50,497 nt of DNA from positions 1-50,497 of the forward strand of contig DAON01000077.1 of the NCBI GenBank assembly GCA_002501885.1. The letters run 5' to 3'. Shown one piece after another: positions 8,587 to 18,109 of this stretch. The number at the start of each line of letters is the position of its first letter. The stretch's first letter is position 1. The translations under genes and the position numbers were made by a program. The DNA comes from Euryarchaeota archaeon UBA220 (GTDB lineage Archaea > Thermoplasmatota > Poseidoniia > Poseidoniales > Thalassarchaeaceae). The notes below the pieces were generated by a model, which ran no database searches, was not told the origin of the DNA, and was given only the letters and a program-made list of their open reading frames with translations.

Positions 8587-9288
8587 GCGGCCCTGCCAGA
8601 TCGTAGCCATCCCCGGGAATACCAATTTAGCCGAAACTTGCTCGAATCCAGTATCTTCCATCATCCTAACATAATCCTTGGTTGTTCCGAAACTCGCATA
8701 TGTCTTGGTCAACCATTTCCAAGGATTACTCTCTGAATTGTAGAACAATCTGGCATAACTCGAGACCCAGACCCTCATCCAAAGCCACCCCATGACGCCA
8801 TGCAATCGATTGACCTTGGCAGGCTCAACCATCACGAACACGCCTCCAGGTTTGAGTACCCGAAGAGTCTCTGCCAGACCTGCTCGCTTGTCGAACCAAT
8901 CTCTGAACGAAAACAGAGAACATACTGCATCGAAAGAACCATCCTCAAATGGTAATTCTTCTGCAGTTCCTTCGACAAATTTGACTGCGGATTCACCCCT
9001 AGAATCTCTCTTTGAACCAACCCTTACTTCAGCAACCCTGAGCATCTCAGGAATGGGGTCCAAACAGACTAGTTCTTCGCCTCTAAAATCCTCAGCAAAA
9101 CTCCCTGGGCCACAACCAATCTCTAGAACCCGGCCACTGCTAGGCAGACGATCTCTTACCATTCTACGCCAGCGAGATACCTGACCTAGTGTCGCAAACC
9201 GATTCACCTTGTCATAAACCGGGATTGTGGCCTCCAAGTTTTGTTGGAGTTCATTCCAGTCAGACTCTCCGATTCGCTCGGCGTCCAT
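8569..9288 (-). CDS. Class I SAM-dependent methyltransferase, UbiE/MenG-like
   Basis: YDKVNRFATLGQVSRWRR (the UbiE-type YD..N....G.h..WR pattern), SAM motif I VLEIGCGPGSF and LKPGGVFV. The first ATG is at 9288; the ORF track opens with TTG at 9330. Its 3' end overlaps the convergent reductase gene by 18 nt. Confidence 0.7.
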   Translation of the reverse strand: MDAERIGESDWNELQQNLEATIPVYDKVNRFATLGQVSRWRRMVRDRLPSSGRVLEIGCGPGSFAEDFRGEELVCLDPIPEMLRVAEVRVGSKRDSRGESAVKFVEGTAEELPFEDGSFDAVCSLFSFRDWFDKRAGLAETLRVLKPGGVFVMVEPAKVNRLHGVMGWLWMRVWVSSYARLFYNSESNPWKWLTKTYASFGTTKDYVRMMEDTGFEQVSAKLVFPGMATIWQGRSPETE

Positions 9289-9368
9289 GAACTCCGCTGA
9301 AACCTCACATATATGGTTGAATCCCGCCAAAAACCTGCGAAATTACGAAGTAATTACATGGTCAAAGT

Positions 9369-9375
9369 GATATAC
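9369..9375 (+). promoter_or_regulatory. Candidate TATA box of the ATP synthase operon
   Basis: GATATAC preceded by the purine-rich AAAG, ~40 nt upstream of the atpH ATG. Assigned by position only. Confidence 0.25.
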
Positions 9376-9391
9376 CGTTCGGCGTTCGCGC

Positions 9392-9410
9392 GTGTCACCA
9401 AAGGTGACAC
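9392..9410. promoter_or_regulatory. Perfect 8+3+8 palindrome GTGTCACC-AAA-GGTGACAC ending 2 nt before the atpH start codon
   Basis: Read directly from the sequence. The right arm contains the GGTGA Shine-Dalgarno of atpH. Confidence 0.6.
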
Positions 9411-9411
9411 A

Positions 9412-9729
9412 ATGGGACGGGCAGATATACTCCGAGCAATCAAGAAGTCTGAGGAAGGGGCTAAGAAGATCCAATCAGATGCCGAGGCAAAGGCTGCAGA
9501 GACGCTCTCCAATGCCCGCGTCAAGGCAGCCGAGTCGACCAACTCAGGAAGACAAGGAGCCGACGATGAAGCTGCAAAGATGCTTAGCGACGCACGCGCT
9601 GCTGCGGAGAAGGAAGCTGAATCCGTAGCCGCTGAGGGCGAAGCAGAACTTGAGCGCGTTGCCAATGAGGGCAAGAAAAACAGAAGCACGGCTGCAGATG
9701 CCGTACTCGATACCTTCCGCAAAAACTAG
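9412..9729 (+). CDS. atpH: A-type ATP synthase subunit H
   Basis: ~105-aa Ala/Glu/Lys-rich coiled-coil protein (ILRAIKKSEEGAKKIQSDAEAKAAE...) in the first position of the operon. The ATG at 9412 follows GGTGA; the upstream part of the ORF-track ORF is probably not coding. Confidence 0.75.
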   Translation: MGRADILRAIKKSEEGAKKIQSDAEAKAAETLSNARVKAAESTNSGRQGADDEAAKMLSDARAAAEKEAESVAAEGEAELERVANEGKKNRSTAADAVLDTFRKN

Positions 9730-9743
9730 TCCGGGGCGACATC

Positions 9744-11912
9744 ATGAGTCAACTGACACCAGAAGATATGTCTCGTCTGGTGGTCGCTGGTACCAAAGAC
9801 CAACTAAAGACCACCATCGATGTATTGGCAGGACTTTCTCTAGTTCATATCAACGATTACAGCAGTGATGACGAAGATATGTCGATGGGAACTCCAAATG
9901 AGGTATCCGAGGAAATAAGTCGCAGACTGACCAAGATGAGAGGTGCTGCAGCGAATATCCAGGCGCCCAGCCAGGCCGAACTGATGTCTGCACCGGAGGT
10001 TCGCAGAAATCTGTCAGGAGACATTGACAATCTAGTCGATAGTGCCCTCGGATTCAATGATGAAGTAGAAGAGCTTGAGATGGAGAAGGCCAAAATCGAA
10101 GAGGAACTAGAAGTTCTATCATTGCTGACTCCCCTCAGTCTTGAGATGGAATTGATGAGGGGCTATGATTCGGTCACCCAGTTTGTTGGTACAGTTTCAT
10201 CCCTGAGTAAGGCCCGGCCAGCCTTGGCCTCTCTAGGCGAATCTGCAGTTCACATGAGCAGCGAGGTTGCGAAGAAGGGCGTAGTAGCCGTCTTCTGCCG
10301 TAACGAACAGGCAGAATCTGTTCAGAAAATGCTCTCTGAACAGGACTTCCAAGCCATAGCAATTCCAGAATCTGATGGCCTACCTAGTGATCGGATTGCG
10401 GAACTAAACGAAAGAAAGGCTGAGATTGAAGCGAGAGTAGATGCATTGAATGAACAAATCTCTGAGTGGTCCGATGCAAATAGTGGTATGTTATTCGGTG
10501 GCATGGAGTTACTTGAGAGAGATTTACAACTCGCCACTGCACCAGTAAGAGTAGCAGTTAGCGACCACGCTTTCGTCCTAGATGGTTGGATTAAGTCAAC
10601 AGCTGAGGAGGAAGTCAATAACGCCCTTTCTGGCGTCTGTACGCACTTAGAAGTTGAGAGATATCAGCCCCCTGCTCACAGCAGTCACGGACACCATCAT
10701 GTAGACAAGAAGGAAATGCCTCCTATCGAATTCTCCCCAAGAAATTACAGCAAACCATTCGAGATGGTTACAGATGTGATGGGCAGGCCAGCCTATGGGA
10801 AGATTGATCCAACCTTCTTCATGTTCCTGACTTATCCTCTCTTCTTCGGAATGATCCTAGGAGACATGGCTTATGGATTGTCAATAATGGCTCTGGCTGT
10901 ATTTCTCTGGAGACAATTTCCACTCAATGATGTGATGTCAAATGTCGCAGGATTCCTACTTACAATCGGAACTTCCACGCTTATTTTCGGCTATATTTAC
11001 GGAGAATTTGCCGGTTTTGAATTCCTCCCTCACGGGCACTGTGTGGATAAAGCAGGAGAAGATATTGCAGGCATCTTAGGAGTGGCCCAATGTGAGGCAT
11101 TCTCGCTCCCTGATGGCTCTCACGGGCATTATCACTGGAAGGACGGACACGCACCATGGTGGGTTGCTTGGATGACTAACCTGTATCCCAATGCAGGAGA
11201 ATTCTACTGGGTCTGGGACGGCCCTCTAGAACTGACTGTAGCATACCCATTCCACCGTGTCTCTTCGAATCTAGAGAATCTAATGCTATTGACAATCTAC
11301 ATCGGCGTTATCCACATCTTCATCGGACTATTGATTGGTTTCCGTGATGTACTCAAAACACACGGCATGGTTGAGGCAATTTTCGAGAAGGGATCATGGA
11401 TTATTCTGCTTCTTGGAGGATTTGCGACTGCTTATGAGTTCATCAAATACGAAACTATCTCCACCATCCCATTGGCAGTCACAGTCATTGGAGTCGTTAT
11501 GGTCACAATCCTACTGGCACATTTCGAGAAGATGGGCTGGGGAATCGCCCTCATCATGGGACCTCTAGAATCCATAGGTATGCTACCAAAGGTTCTCTCC
11601 TATGTCAGATTGTTCGCTGTAGGAGTTGTTGGAGTCAAAATTGCCGCTACTGGTAACGAGATGATTTACGAAGTCATGGCACATACTCTTGCTGATTTGA
11701 GTCATGCATCTACAACGGATATCATCCTAGTTCCTGTCATGTTCATCGGCTGGATACTGGTCCAGATTTTTGCCCTAGTATTGGGTATCTTCAGTCCTAA
11801 CATCCACACTGTAAGGCTACATTTTGTCGAGTGGATGATGCAATTCTACGAAGGGAGCGGCCTCCCCTTCAAGGCGTTCGGCTTCAAGCCGGACAAGGTC
11901 GAGGTCGAGTGA
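9744..11912 (+). CDS. atpI: A-type ATP synthase subunit I (membrane stator/proton channel)
   Basis: 722 aa with a soluble coiled-coil N-terminal half and a multi-TM C-terminal half that includes the conserved LSYVRLFA segment. Operon position supports the call. Confidence 0.9.
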   Translation: MSQLTPEDMSRLVVAGTKDQLKTTIDVLAGLSLVHINDYSSDDEDMSMGTPNEVSEEISRRLTKMRGAAANIQAPSQAELMSAPEVRRNLSGDIDNLVDSALGFNDEVEELEMEKAKIEEELEVLSLLTPLSLEMELMRGYDSVTQFVGTVSSLSKARPALASLGESAVHMSSEVAKKGVVAVFCRNEQAESVQKMLSEQDFQAIAIPESDGLPSDRIAELNERKAEIEARVDALNEQISEWSDANSGMLFGGMELLERDLQLATAPVRVAVSDHAFVLDGWIKSTAEEEVNNALSGVCTHLEVERYQPPAHSSHGHHHVDKKEMPPIEFSPRNYSKPFEMVTDVMGRPAYGKIDPTFFMFLTYPLFFGMILGDMAYGLSIMALAVFLWRQFPLNDVMSNVAGFLLTIGTSTLIFGYIYGEFAGFEFLPHGHCVDKAGEDIAGILGVAQCEAFSLPDGSHGHYHWKDGHAPWWVAWMTNLYPNAGEFYWVWDGPLELTVAYPFHRVSSNLENLMLLTIYIGVIHIFIGLLIGFRDVLKTHGMVEAIFEKGSWIILLLGGFATAYEFIKYETISTIPLAVTVIGVVMVTILLAHFEKMGWGIALIMGPLESIGMLPKVLSYVRLFAVGVVGVKIAATGNEMIYEVMAHTLADLSHASTTDIILVPVMFIGWILVQIFALVLGIFSPNIHTVRLHFVEWMMQFYEGSGLPFKAFGFKPDKVEVE

Positions 11913-11947
11913 GACTCACACAGTGAGAAAAAAACGGAGGAAAAAAT

Positions 11948-12259
11948 ATGAGAAACAAGAGAATGAATATGGCATACCGCCTACTGATGACTGTCTTCAT
12001 GGTGACACTAGTCGCCAGTGTTGTTACAGCTCAGGAAGCGGCTGACAATGAATATACCACCACCACTATGGCTAAGCTGGCTGCAGGAATTGCTCTAGCA
12101 GGCTGTGGAATTGGGACTGGCCTAGCACAGAGTTCGATTGGCGCTGCAGCCGTCGGCATGATTGCTGAGGACGACTCCAAGTTCGGTACTGGTATTCTAT
12201 TCACTGTTATCCCTGAGACCATTGTACTGTTCGGTTTCCTATCGATCTACCTATTGTAG
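11948..12259 (+). CDS. atpK: A-type ATP synthase subunit K (proteolipid c subunit) with an N-terminal hydrophobic extension
   Basis: Gly/Ala-rich hairpin AAGIALAGCGIGTGLAQSSIGAAAVG ... TVIPETIVLFGFL with a conserved carboxylate (PET). GGAGG lies 8 nt upstream of the ATG. Confidence 0.85.
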   Translation: MRNKRMNMAYRLLMTVFMVTLVASVVTAQEAADNEYTTTTMAKLAAGIALAGCGIGTGLAQSSIGAAAVGMIAEDDSKFGTGILFTVIPETIVLFGFLSIYLL

Positions 12260-12292
12260 GTCGTCGGAGGCACACGCAGACAAGGAGGATGT

Positions 12293-12859
12293 ATGTCACT
12301 AGACAAGTTAGCAGGTGAAATCAAGGCGATGGCCGAGGCCGAGGCTAAGGCTGTCACAGATGAGGCAGCTGCCGAGGCTAAGCGAATCGCCGACGAGGCG
12401 AAAGACAAGGTCTCCGAGTACCGCGAAGAGGCCATTGCTAACGCTACCAGAACATGCGATCAGATTGCAGTCGAGAGTATCGCAGCTGCAAGGCAGCGAA
12501 ATCAAAAGACACTACTGGTCGCTCGCAGAGCAGAGTTAGATGCCACTTGGGAAGAAGTACTGTCACGTGCATCTTCTGCAGACATGAAGGGGAGAGAGAA
12601 TGTGCTCAAGTCCCTATTGTCACAGGCTTCTGAAGAGGCTCCTTCAGGTATGATACTCAAACCGGTAAAGACCGATAGTGACTTCCTCTCCAAGAACTCC
12701 TCTGGATTTGAGATTGGAGATGAGGTTGAGGGCTTAGGTGGATTCGTACTTGAGGATGCAGATGGCTCAGTACTGATGGATTACCGATTCGAGGGTCGCC
12801 TAAGGGAATCTTGGGACGATAGACTCGGCGAAGTAAGTAGCATATTATTCGGAGAGTGA
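12293..12859 (+). CDS. atpE: A-type ATP synthase subunit E
   Basis: 188 aa with an N-terminal long Ala/Glu-rich helix and a globular C-terminus. Operon position supports the call; GGAGG lies upstream. Confidence 0.85.
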   Translation: MSLDKLAGEIKAMAEAEAKAVTDEAAAEAKRIADEAKDKVSEYREEAIANATRTCDQIAVESIAAARQRNQKTLLVARRAELDATWEEVLSRASSADMKGRENVLKSLLSQASEEAPSGMILKPVKTDSDFLSKNSSGFEIGDEVEGLGGFVLEDADGSVLMDYRFEGRLRESWDDRLGEVSSILFGE

Positions 12860-12864
12860 ACAGG

Positions 12865-13917
12865 ATGGCAATCGCAGCCGGGAGAGGTAACTGGGCTAAT
12901 GCTGCAGCACGCAGTAAGGCCAGGAAGTCCAATTTGCTGGATGAGACCCGGCTGCGCCAACTCCTGAAGAGTGGCCCGGATACGATTGCCGCTAGTATCG
13001 GTGAGCTTGATTATCGCAAGGAGATGGATATCTACTCTGCAAGACTTAGCGGCGCTGACCTCGTTGAGGCGGCTTTAGCCCACAATCTTGAGAGAGAAGT
13101 TTCTGAAGTCATGAATTACTGCCAAGGTAGTCTCAGAAGTATAGTTGCGGTTTTCGCACTTCGTTTTTCTTACAGTAACGCCAAGGCAGTACTCCGTGCA
13201 GTGAATGGCGGAATCAGTGCAGATGACTTAGCAAATTCAGTTCTCCCTGATGAGAATGATCTGAATATAGAATGGATTGAGATTGCCCGCCAAAGTGAGA
13301 CTCTTGAGGACGCTGCTGCAGCTATGCGCGGTACTCCTTGGGGCTCAGCAATCTCCGGTATGGAAGCCGACTCGCGCTTGCAGGAATATGAGGACAATCT
13401 CGACAGGCACTACTACAAGGAAGCCATCAATGATCTGAAGTCAAGCGGGCTTGGACACAGCCTTTTGCTAGGCTATTTACGAAAGGAAATTGACCATCGC
13501 AACATAGTCAATCTTCTCCGCTCACTCAGACAAGATCTGCCTTTAGAGCAGCGAATGGATGCCATGCTTGATGGCGGCGGCGTTCTGAAGGGCAGTCTGT
13601 TGAAGTCAGCTGCCGAGGCAGAGACACAGGACGCTCTAATTGAGGTACTTCGACGCTCAAACATGGATACGGCAGATCTAGAAGAGAAATTAGAGGAATC
13701 CAAGGAGCATGGAGGATTTGACCCCGTTGTCACCCTTCTAGCTGACGAGAGAAGATCAAACATGAGGAGAATGAGTCATCTAAATCCGCTCTCGGCATTC
13801 CCCGTAATTTACTACATAGAAAGTAAAGTGATCGAAGTACAGAATCTACGCCTGCTGGTGCGCGGCAAGGCTGTAGGTCTGCCAGAAGATGTAATTGAAG
13901 CGCACATGACATTCTGA
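12865..13917 (+). CDS. atpC: A-type ATP synthase subunit C
   Basis: ~350-aa helical protein between subunits E and F. ATG at 12865; the ORF track opens with a GTG at 12856 that overlaps the atpE stop. Confidence 0.85.
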   Translation: MAIAAGRGNWANAAARSKARKSNLLDETRLRQLLKSGPDTIAASIGELDYRKEMDIYSARLSGADLVEAALAHNLEREVSEVMNYCQGSLRSIVAVFALRFSYSNAKAVLRAVNGGISADDLANSVLPDENDLNIEWIEIARQSETLEDAAAAMRGTPWGSAISGMEADSRLQEYEDNLDRHYYKEAINDLKSSGLGHSLLLGYLRKEIDHRNIVNLLRSLRQDLPLEQRMDAMLDGGGVLKGSLLKSAAEAETQDALIEVLRRSNMDTADLEEKLEESKEHGGFDPVVTLLADERRSNMRRMSHLNPLSAFPVIYYIESKVIEVQNLRLLVRGKAVGLPEDVIEAHMTF

Positions 13918-13926
13918 GGTGAGAAA

Positions 13927-14226
13927 ATGGAGATAGTTATTGTAGGGTCTCCCGAGTTCACACTTGGATTCCAATTAGCAGGAATTAATCGCCTGCACAA
14001 CCCGAGTAATGACGAGGAGATGAGCAATACTCTTCGCAAACTACTCGATGAGAAAGAAGTCGGAATAATCGTTGCAGATTCGGCCGACCTGATGCGTATG
14101 CCGGACAAGTTGAGACAGCGAATGTCGGACAGCATTACGCCCACAGTATTGGGCATTGGGACTGAGGAGGACAATACCCTCCGTGAGTCCATCAAGTCTG
14201 CTCTAGGAGTGGACCTTTGGAAGTAG
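13927..14226 (+). CDS. atpF: A-type ATP synthase subunit F
   Basis: 99 aa (MEIVIVGSPEFTLGFQLAGI...) with the typical subunit F N-terminus. GAGGTGA lies upstream. Confidence 0.88.
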   Translation: MEIVIVGSPEFTLGFQLAGINRLHNPSNDEEMSNTLRKLLDEKEVGIIVADSADLMRMPDKLRQRMSDSITPTVLGIGTEEDNTLRESIKSALGVDLWK

Positions 14227-14259
14227 ATTCCTCGAATACAGGATAAGGAAGTGAAGAAA

Positions 14260-16002
14260 ATGAGTGAAGAAAGTGGATTGATTTACAGAATCTCAGGTCC
14301 GGTCGTAACGGCCGTCGGCATCTCGCCGAGAATGTACGAAGTGGTACGAGTTGGAGACGAGGGTCTGATGGGAGAAGTGATTGAATTGCACGGTGACCAA
14401 TCGGTCATTCAGGTGTATGAGGAGACCTCAGGTATCAAGCCAGGTGAGCCAGTAGTCAGAACAGGACAAACCCTGTCTGTCAAGTTAGGCCCTGGATTGC
14501 TGACCCAGATTTATGATGGGATTCAGCGTCCTCTGGAGGCACTAGAGGAGACCATGGGCGTGTTCATTACACGCGGTGTCGATGCTGATGGACTTGATCT
14601 TACTAAGAAGTGGGAGTTCAATGCCACAGCCTCGGCTGGTGACGAGGTCTCTGGCGGTTCGGTCATTGGATTCGTCCAAGAGACCGAGACCGTCGAGCAC
14701 AAGATCATGATTCCTCCTGGGCATAGTGGCAAGATTGCCAGCATCGAGTCTGGCGAGTTTGACATCACGACCTCAGTGTGTACTCTCGAAGATGGCACTG
14801 AAATTGCGATGATGCAAGAGTGGCCGGTCAGAACTCCACGCCCATTCAAGCAGAAGAACGCTCCAGATGTGCCCCTAATTACCGGCCAGAGAATTCTCGA
14901 CTTCCTGTTCCCTCTAGCCAAGGGAGGTACGGCCGGTATCCCCGGTCCTTTTGGAGCTGGAAAGACAGTGACTCAGCAGCAACTTGCCAGATGGTCAGAC
15001 GCTCAGATTGTAGTTTACATCGGATGCGGAGAGCGCGGTAATGAGATGACTGAGGTTCTGACTGAATTCCCTCATCTTACCGACCCTAATACCGGAAAAC
15101 CTCTGATGAACAGAACTACGATGATTGCAAACACATCCAATATGCCGGTCGCAGCCCGTGAAGCATCTGTGTACACTGGCATTACCATCGCTGAGTACTT
15201 CAGAGACATGGGATACGATGTGGCACTTATGGCCGACTCAACAAGCCGATGGGCCGAGGCCATGCGTGAAATCTCATCGCGTCTAGAAGAAATGCCAGGC
15301 GAGGAAGGATATCCGGCTTACCTATCTAGCAGATTGGCTGAGTTCTATGAGCGCGCTGGCCGTGTTCAGACTCTGGGAGGAGATGACGGATCTGTTTCCG
15401 TTATCGGCGCTGTATCGCCTCCGGGCGGAGATATCTCAGAACCAGTCAGTCAAGGTACACTCAGAATCGTCAAGGTTTTCTGGGGCCTAGATGCAGGTCT
15501 AGCAAGACAGAGGCACTTCCCTGCAATTAACTGGCTCAGTTCGTACAGTTTGTATCCTCAGGCTCTGGACCAGTGGTACAGAGACAATATCGCAAGCGAC
15601 TTCCCCGAGGTTCGAACTAAGATCAGCAGTCTACTACAAGTCGAGGCCGAACTACAGGAAATCGTGCAACTGGTTGGATCGGATGCACTACCTATGGATC
15701 AGCAGCTGACCCTAGAAGTTGCTAGAATGATCCGCGAATTCTTCCTCCAGCAGAATGCATTCCATGATGTTGACACATTCAGTCAACTTGGATTACAATA
15801 CGAGATGGCAAAAGCTATCCTAGCGTTCCAGGAAGAATCTGAGAAAGCAATGGCCGGGGGGGCCGGTCTTGAGGATGTAGTCAATGTGCCTGCACGAACC
15901 GACCTGATGAGGGGCAGGTTCGAAGAGGGATACGCAGAACGCATCGGAGAATTGCTTGGAGAGATGTCTAAGCAGATTGCCGAAACTATGGAGGACAACT
16001 AA
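14260..16002 (+). CDS. atpA: A-type ATP synthase catalytic subunit A
   Basis: Walker A GPFGAGKT, plus [11 protein letters not shown] and [10 protein letters not shown]. The size is normal, so no intein. The ATG at 14260 follows AGGAAGTGA; the ORF track opens with GTG at 14251. Confidence 0.95.
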   Translation: MSEESGLIYRISGPVVTAVGISPRMYEVVRVGDEGLMGEVIELHGDQSVIQVYEETSGIKPGEPVVRTGQTLSVKLGPGLLTQIYDGIQRPLEALEETMGVFITRGVDADGLDLTKKWEFNATASAGDEVSGGSVIGFVQETETVEHKIMIPPGHSGKIASIESGEFDITTSVCTLEDGTEIAMMQEWPVRTPRPFKQKNAPDVPLITGQRILDFLFPLAKGGTAGIPGPFGAGKTVTQQQLARWSDAQIVVYIGCGERGNEMTEVLTEFPHLTDPNTGKPLMNRTTMIANTSNMPVAAREASVYTGITIAEYFRDMGYDVALMADSTSRWAEAMREISSRLEEMPGEEGYPAYLSSRLAEFYERAGRVQTLGGDDGSVSVIGAVSPPGGDISEPVSQGTLRIVKVFWGLDAGLARQRHFPAINWLSSYSLYPQALDQWYRDNIASDFPEVRTKISSLLQVEAELQEIVQLVGSDALPMDQQLTLEVARMIREFFLQQNAFHDVDTFSQLGLQYEMAKAILAFQEESEKAMAGGAGLEDVVNVPARTDLMRGRFEEGYAERIGELLGEMSKQIAETMEDN

Positions 16003-16015
16003 GGGGGTGCCATGA

Positions 16016-17401
16016 ATGAGTGGAAAGGAATACAGAACAATTACTGATGTCAAGGGGCCATTGGTCTTCCTTGAAAAAACAGAGCCAGTAGCCTACAACG
16101 AAATCGTTCAACTACGACTCTCTGATGGAACAATGAAGAATGGGCAGGTGCTAGATACCAGCGATGACAAGGTCATTGTGCAGGTATTCGAGGGGACAGA
16201 ATCCGTCGATAGACAGACCGGAGTAAAGTTCCTCGGAGATGTGTTCAGACTACCAGTCAGCAAGGGACTAATCGGACGTATCCTAGATGGCGCAGGCAAG
16301 CCAAGAGACGGCGGTCCAGAGATTGTAGCAGAAGACATGGCAGACATCATCGGTGCTGCCATTAACCCATACAGTCGTGAGAGCCCAGAACAGTTCATCC
16401 AGACTGGAATTTCGGCTATCGACGCATGTACCAGTCTAGTTCGCGGCCAGAAGCTGCCAATTTTCTCAGCATCTGGTCTACCGCACAACGACATAGCTCT
16501 ACAGATTGCCCGACAGGCAAGACTTGTTGGCAGCGATGATGACTTCGTGGTGGTATTCTGTGCAATGGGCATCACTGCCGAAGAGTACAACTTCTTCGTG
16601 CAGGACCTAGAGAGAACTGGAGCTCTGGAGAATGCTGCACTTTTCGTTAACCTAGCAGATGACCCAGCCGTTGAGCGACTGATTACTCCCAGACTGGCTC
16701 TAACTGCCGCCGAGTATCTCGCTTTCGAGCATGATTACCATGTACTTGTTATCTACACTGACATGACAAACTACTGTGAGTCACTACGTCAAATTGGTGC
16801 TGCCCGTGAGGAAGTTCCTGGAAGACGTGGATACCCTGGTTACATGTACACAGATCTCGCTATGATGTATGAGAGGGCAGGCATGGTGAAGGGCAAGAAA
16901 GGAAGCATCACACAATTCCCGATTCTAACAATGCCTGGAGACGATATAACACACCCAATCCCTGATCTTTCCGGATATATCACAGAGGGTCAAATTGTAA
17001 TTTCAAGAGAGTTACACCAGAAGGGTATCTACCCTCCAATCAATGTTCTACCGTCTCTCTCGAGACTGATGAACGCCGGAATTGGAGAGGGCAAGACTCG
17101 TGAGGACCACAAGTCAGTCTCTGACCAACTCTATGCTGCTTACGCGGGAGGAAGAGAGTTGAGAGGACTGGTAGCAATTGTCGGCGAGGACGCACTAAAC
17201 GAGCGTGATCTTCAGTTACTGAAGTTCGCAGATATATTCGAGGATCAGTTCCTAAGACAGAGTCGCGACGAGGACCGCTCAATCGACGAAGGTACTCTAG
17301 ATCTCGCCTGGAACTTGCTAACTAACATCGACACCAAGTATCTAGTCAGACTTGATCAGAAGTGGATTGACAAGTATCACCCGACTGAGAAGAACTCGTG
17401 A
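16016..17401 (+). CDS. atpB: A-type ATP synthase subunit B
   Basis: 461 aa with [25 protein letters not shown] and [15 protein letters not shown]. Confidence 0.95.
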   Translation: MSGKEYRTITDVKGPLVFLEKTEPVAYNEIVQLRLSDGTMKNGQVLDTSDDKVIVQVFEGTESVDRQTGVKFLGDVFRLPVSKGLIGRILDGAGKPRDGGPEIVAEDMADIIGAAINPYSRESPEQFIQTGISAIDACTSLVRGQKLPIFSASGLPHNDIALQIARQARLVGSDDDFVVVFCAMGITAEEYNFFVQDLERTGALENAALFVNLADDPAVERLITPRLALTAAEYLAFEHDYHVLVIYTDMTNYCESLRQIGAAREEVPGRRGYPGYMYTDLAMMYERAGMVKGKKGSITQFPILTMPGDDITHPIPDLSGYITEGQIVISRELHQKGIYPPINVLPSLSRLMNAGIGEGKTREDHKSVSDQLYAAYAGGRELRGLVAIVGEDALNERDLQLLKFADIFEDQFLRQSRDEDRSIDEGTLDLAWNLLTNIDTKYLVRLDQKWIDKYHPTEKNS

Positions 17402-17431
17402 ATTAGTCATTGAAATAGGAGGGTATAGGAT

Positions 17432-18049
17432 ATGGCGCTCGATATCAAGCCAACCAGGTCTGAGCTAATCAACTTGAAGCGGCGCATCAAGCAAACTCAG
17501 AATGGGTACAATCTACTCAAGATGAAGCGTGACGGCTTATTCCATGAGTTCAGGACATTGCTCTCTGAGATGATTGAGGCAAGAGAAGGCCTAGTAGCAA
17601 CCTATCGTGATGCAGTTCAGTCAATCAGTCTAGCTAGCGCAATTGAGGGGGGCCTCGCCGTCAAGAGTGCCGCAATTGCAATCACTAGACACCCAGAAGT
17701 TACCGTAAGTCGGCGCAACATCATGGGAGTTGTTGTACCAAATGTCGAAGGTACCAACCTGACTACTAGCATCGATGAGCGCGGAACAGGTTTAATCGGA
17801 GGTTCTGCTTACATCGATGAAGCATCCGACTCCTACTCTGTTCTAATTGAGAAGATTGTCAAGGCCGCTGAGATGGAAGGAACTCTCAAGCGTCTACTCG
17901 TTGAAATCGAGGCGACCAAGAGAAGAGTAAATGCTCTGGAGTATGTTGTAATTCCTCAGATGGAAGAAGCCCGAAACTTCATCCAACTAAGGCTTGAAGA
18001 GATGGAGCGAGAGGAAACATTCCGTCTAAAACGCTTCAAGAACAAGTGA
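17432..18049 (+). CDS. atpD: A-type ATP synthase subunit D (central stalk)
   Basis: 205 aa (IKPTRSELINLKRRIK...NALEYVVIPQ), typical of subunit D. AGGAGGG lies upstream. Confidence 0.9.
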   Translation: MALDIKPTRSELINLKRRIKQTQNGYNLLKMKRDGLFHEFRTLLSEMIEAREGLVATYRDAVQSISLASAIEGGLAVKSAAIAITRHPEVTVSRRNIMGVVVPNVEGTNLTTSIDERGTGLIGGSAYIDEASDSYSVLIEKIVKAAEMEGTLKRLLVEIEATKRRVNALEYVVIPQMEEARNFIQLRLEEMEREETFRLKRFKNK

Positions 18050-18051
18050 TT

Positions 18052-18070
18052 CGGCGAACTCCGTTCGCCG
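18052..18070 (+). terminator. 8-bp stem / 3-nt loop hairpin CGGCGAAC-TCC-GTTCGCCG 3 nt after the atpD stop
   Basis: The perfect inverted repeat was read directly. No U-tract follows it, so a terminator function is only inferred from its position at the operon end. Confidence 0.4.
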
Positions 18071-18109
18071 TGCGCGCGTGCGAGGGGTCAAATCACACCT
18101 ACCCCGACG

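Noticed and set aside
14260-17401. Inteins in atpA/atpB, and also in gyrA, gyrB and cdc6.
   Set aside because: Protein lengths are normal and the catalytic motifs are contiguous. No endonuclease-like inserts are present.
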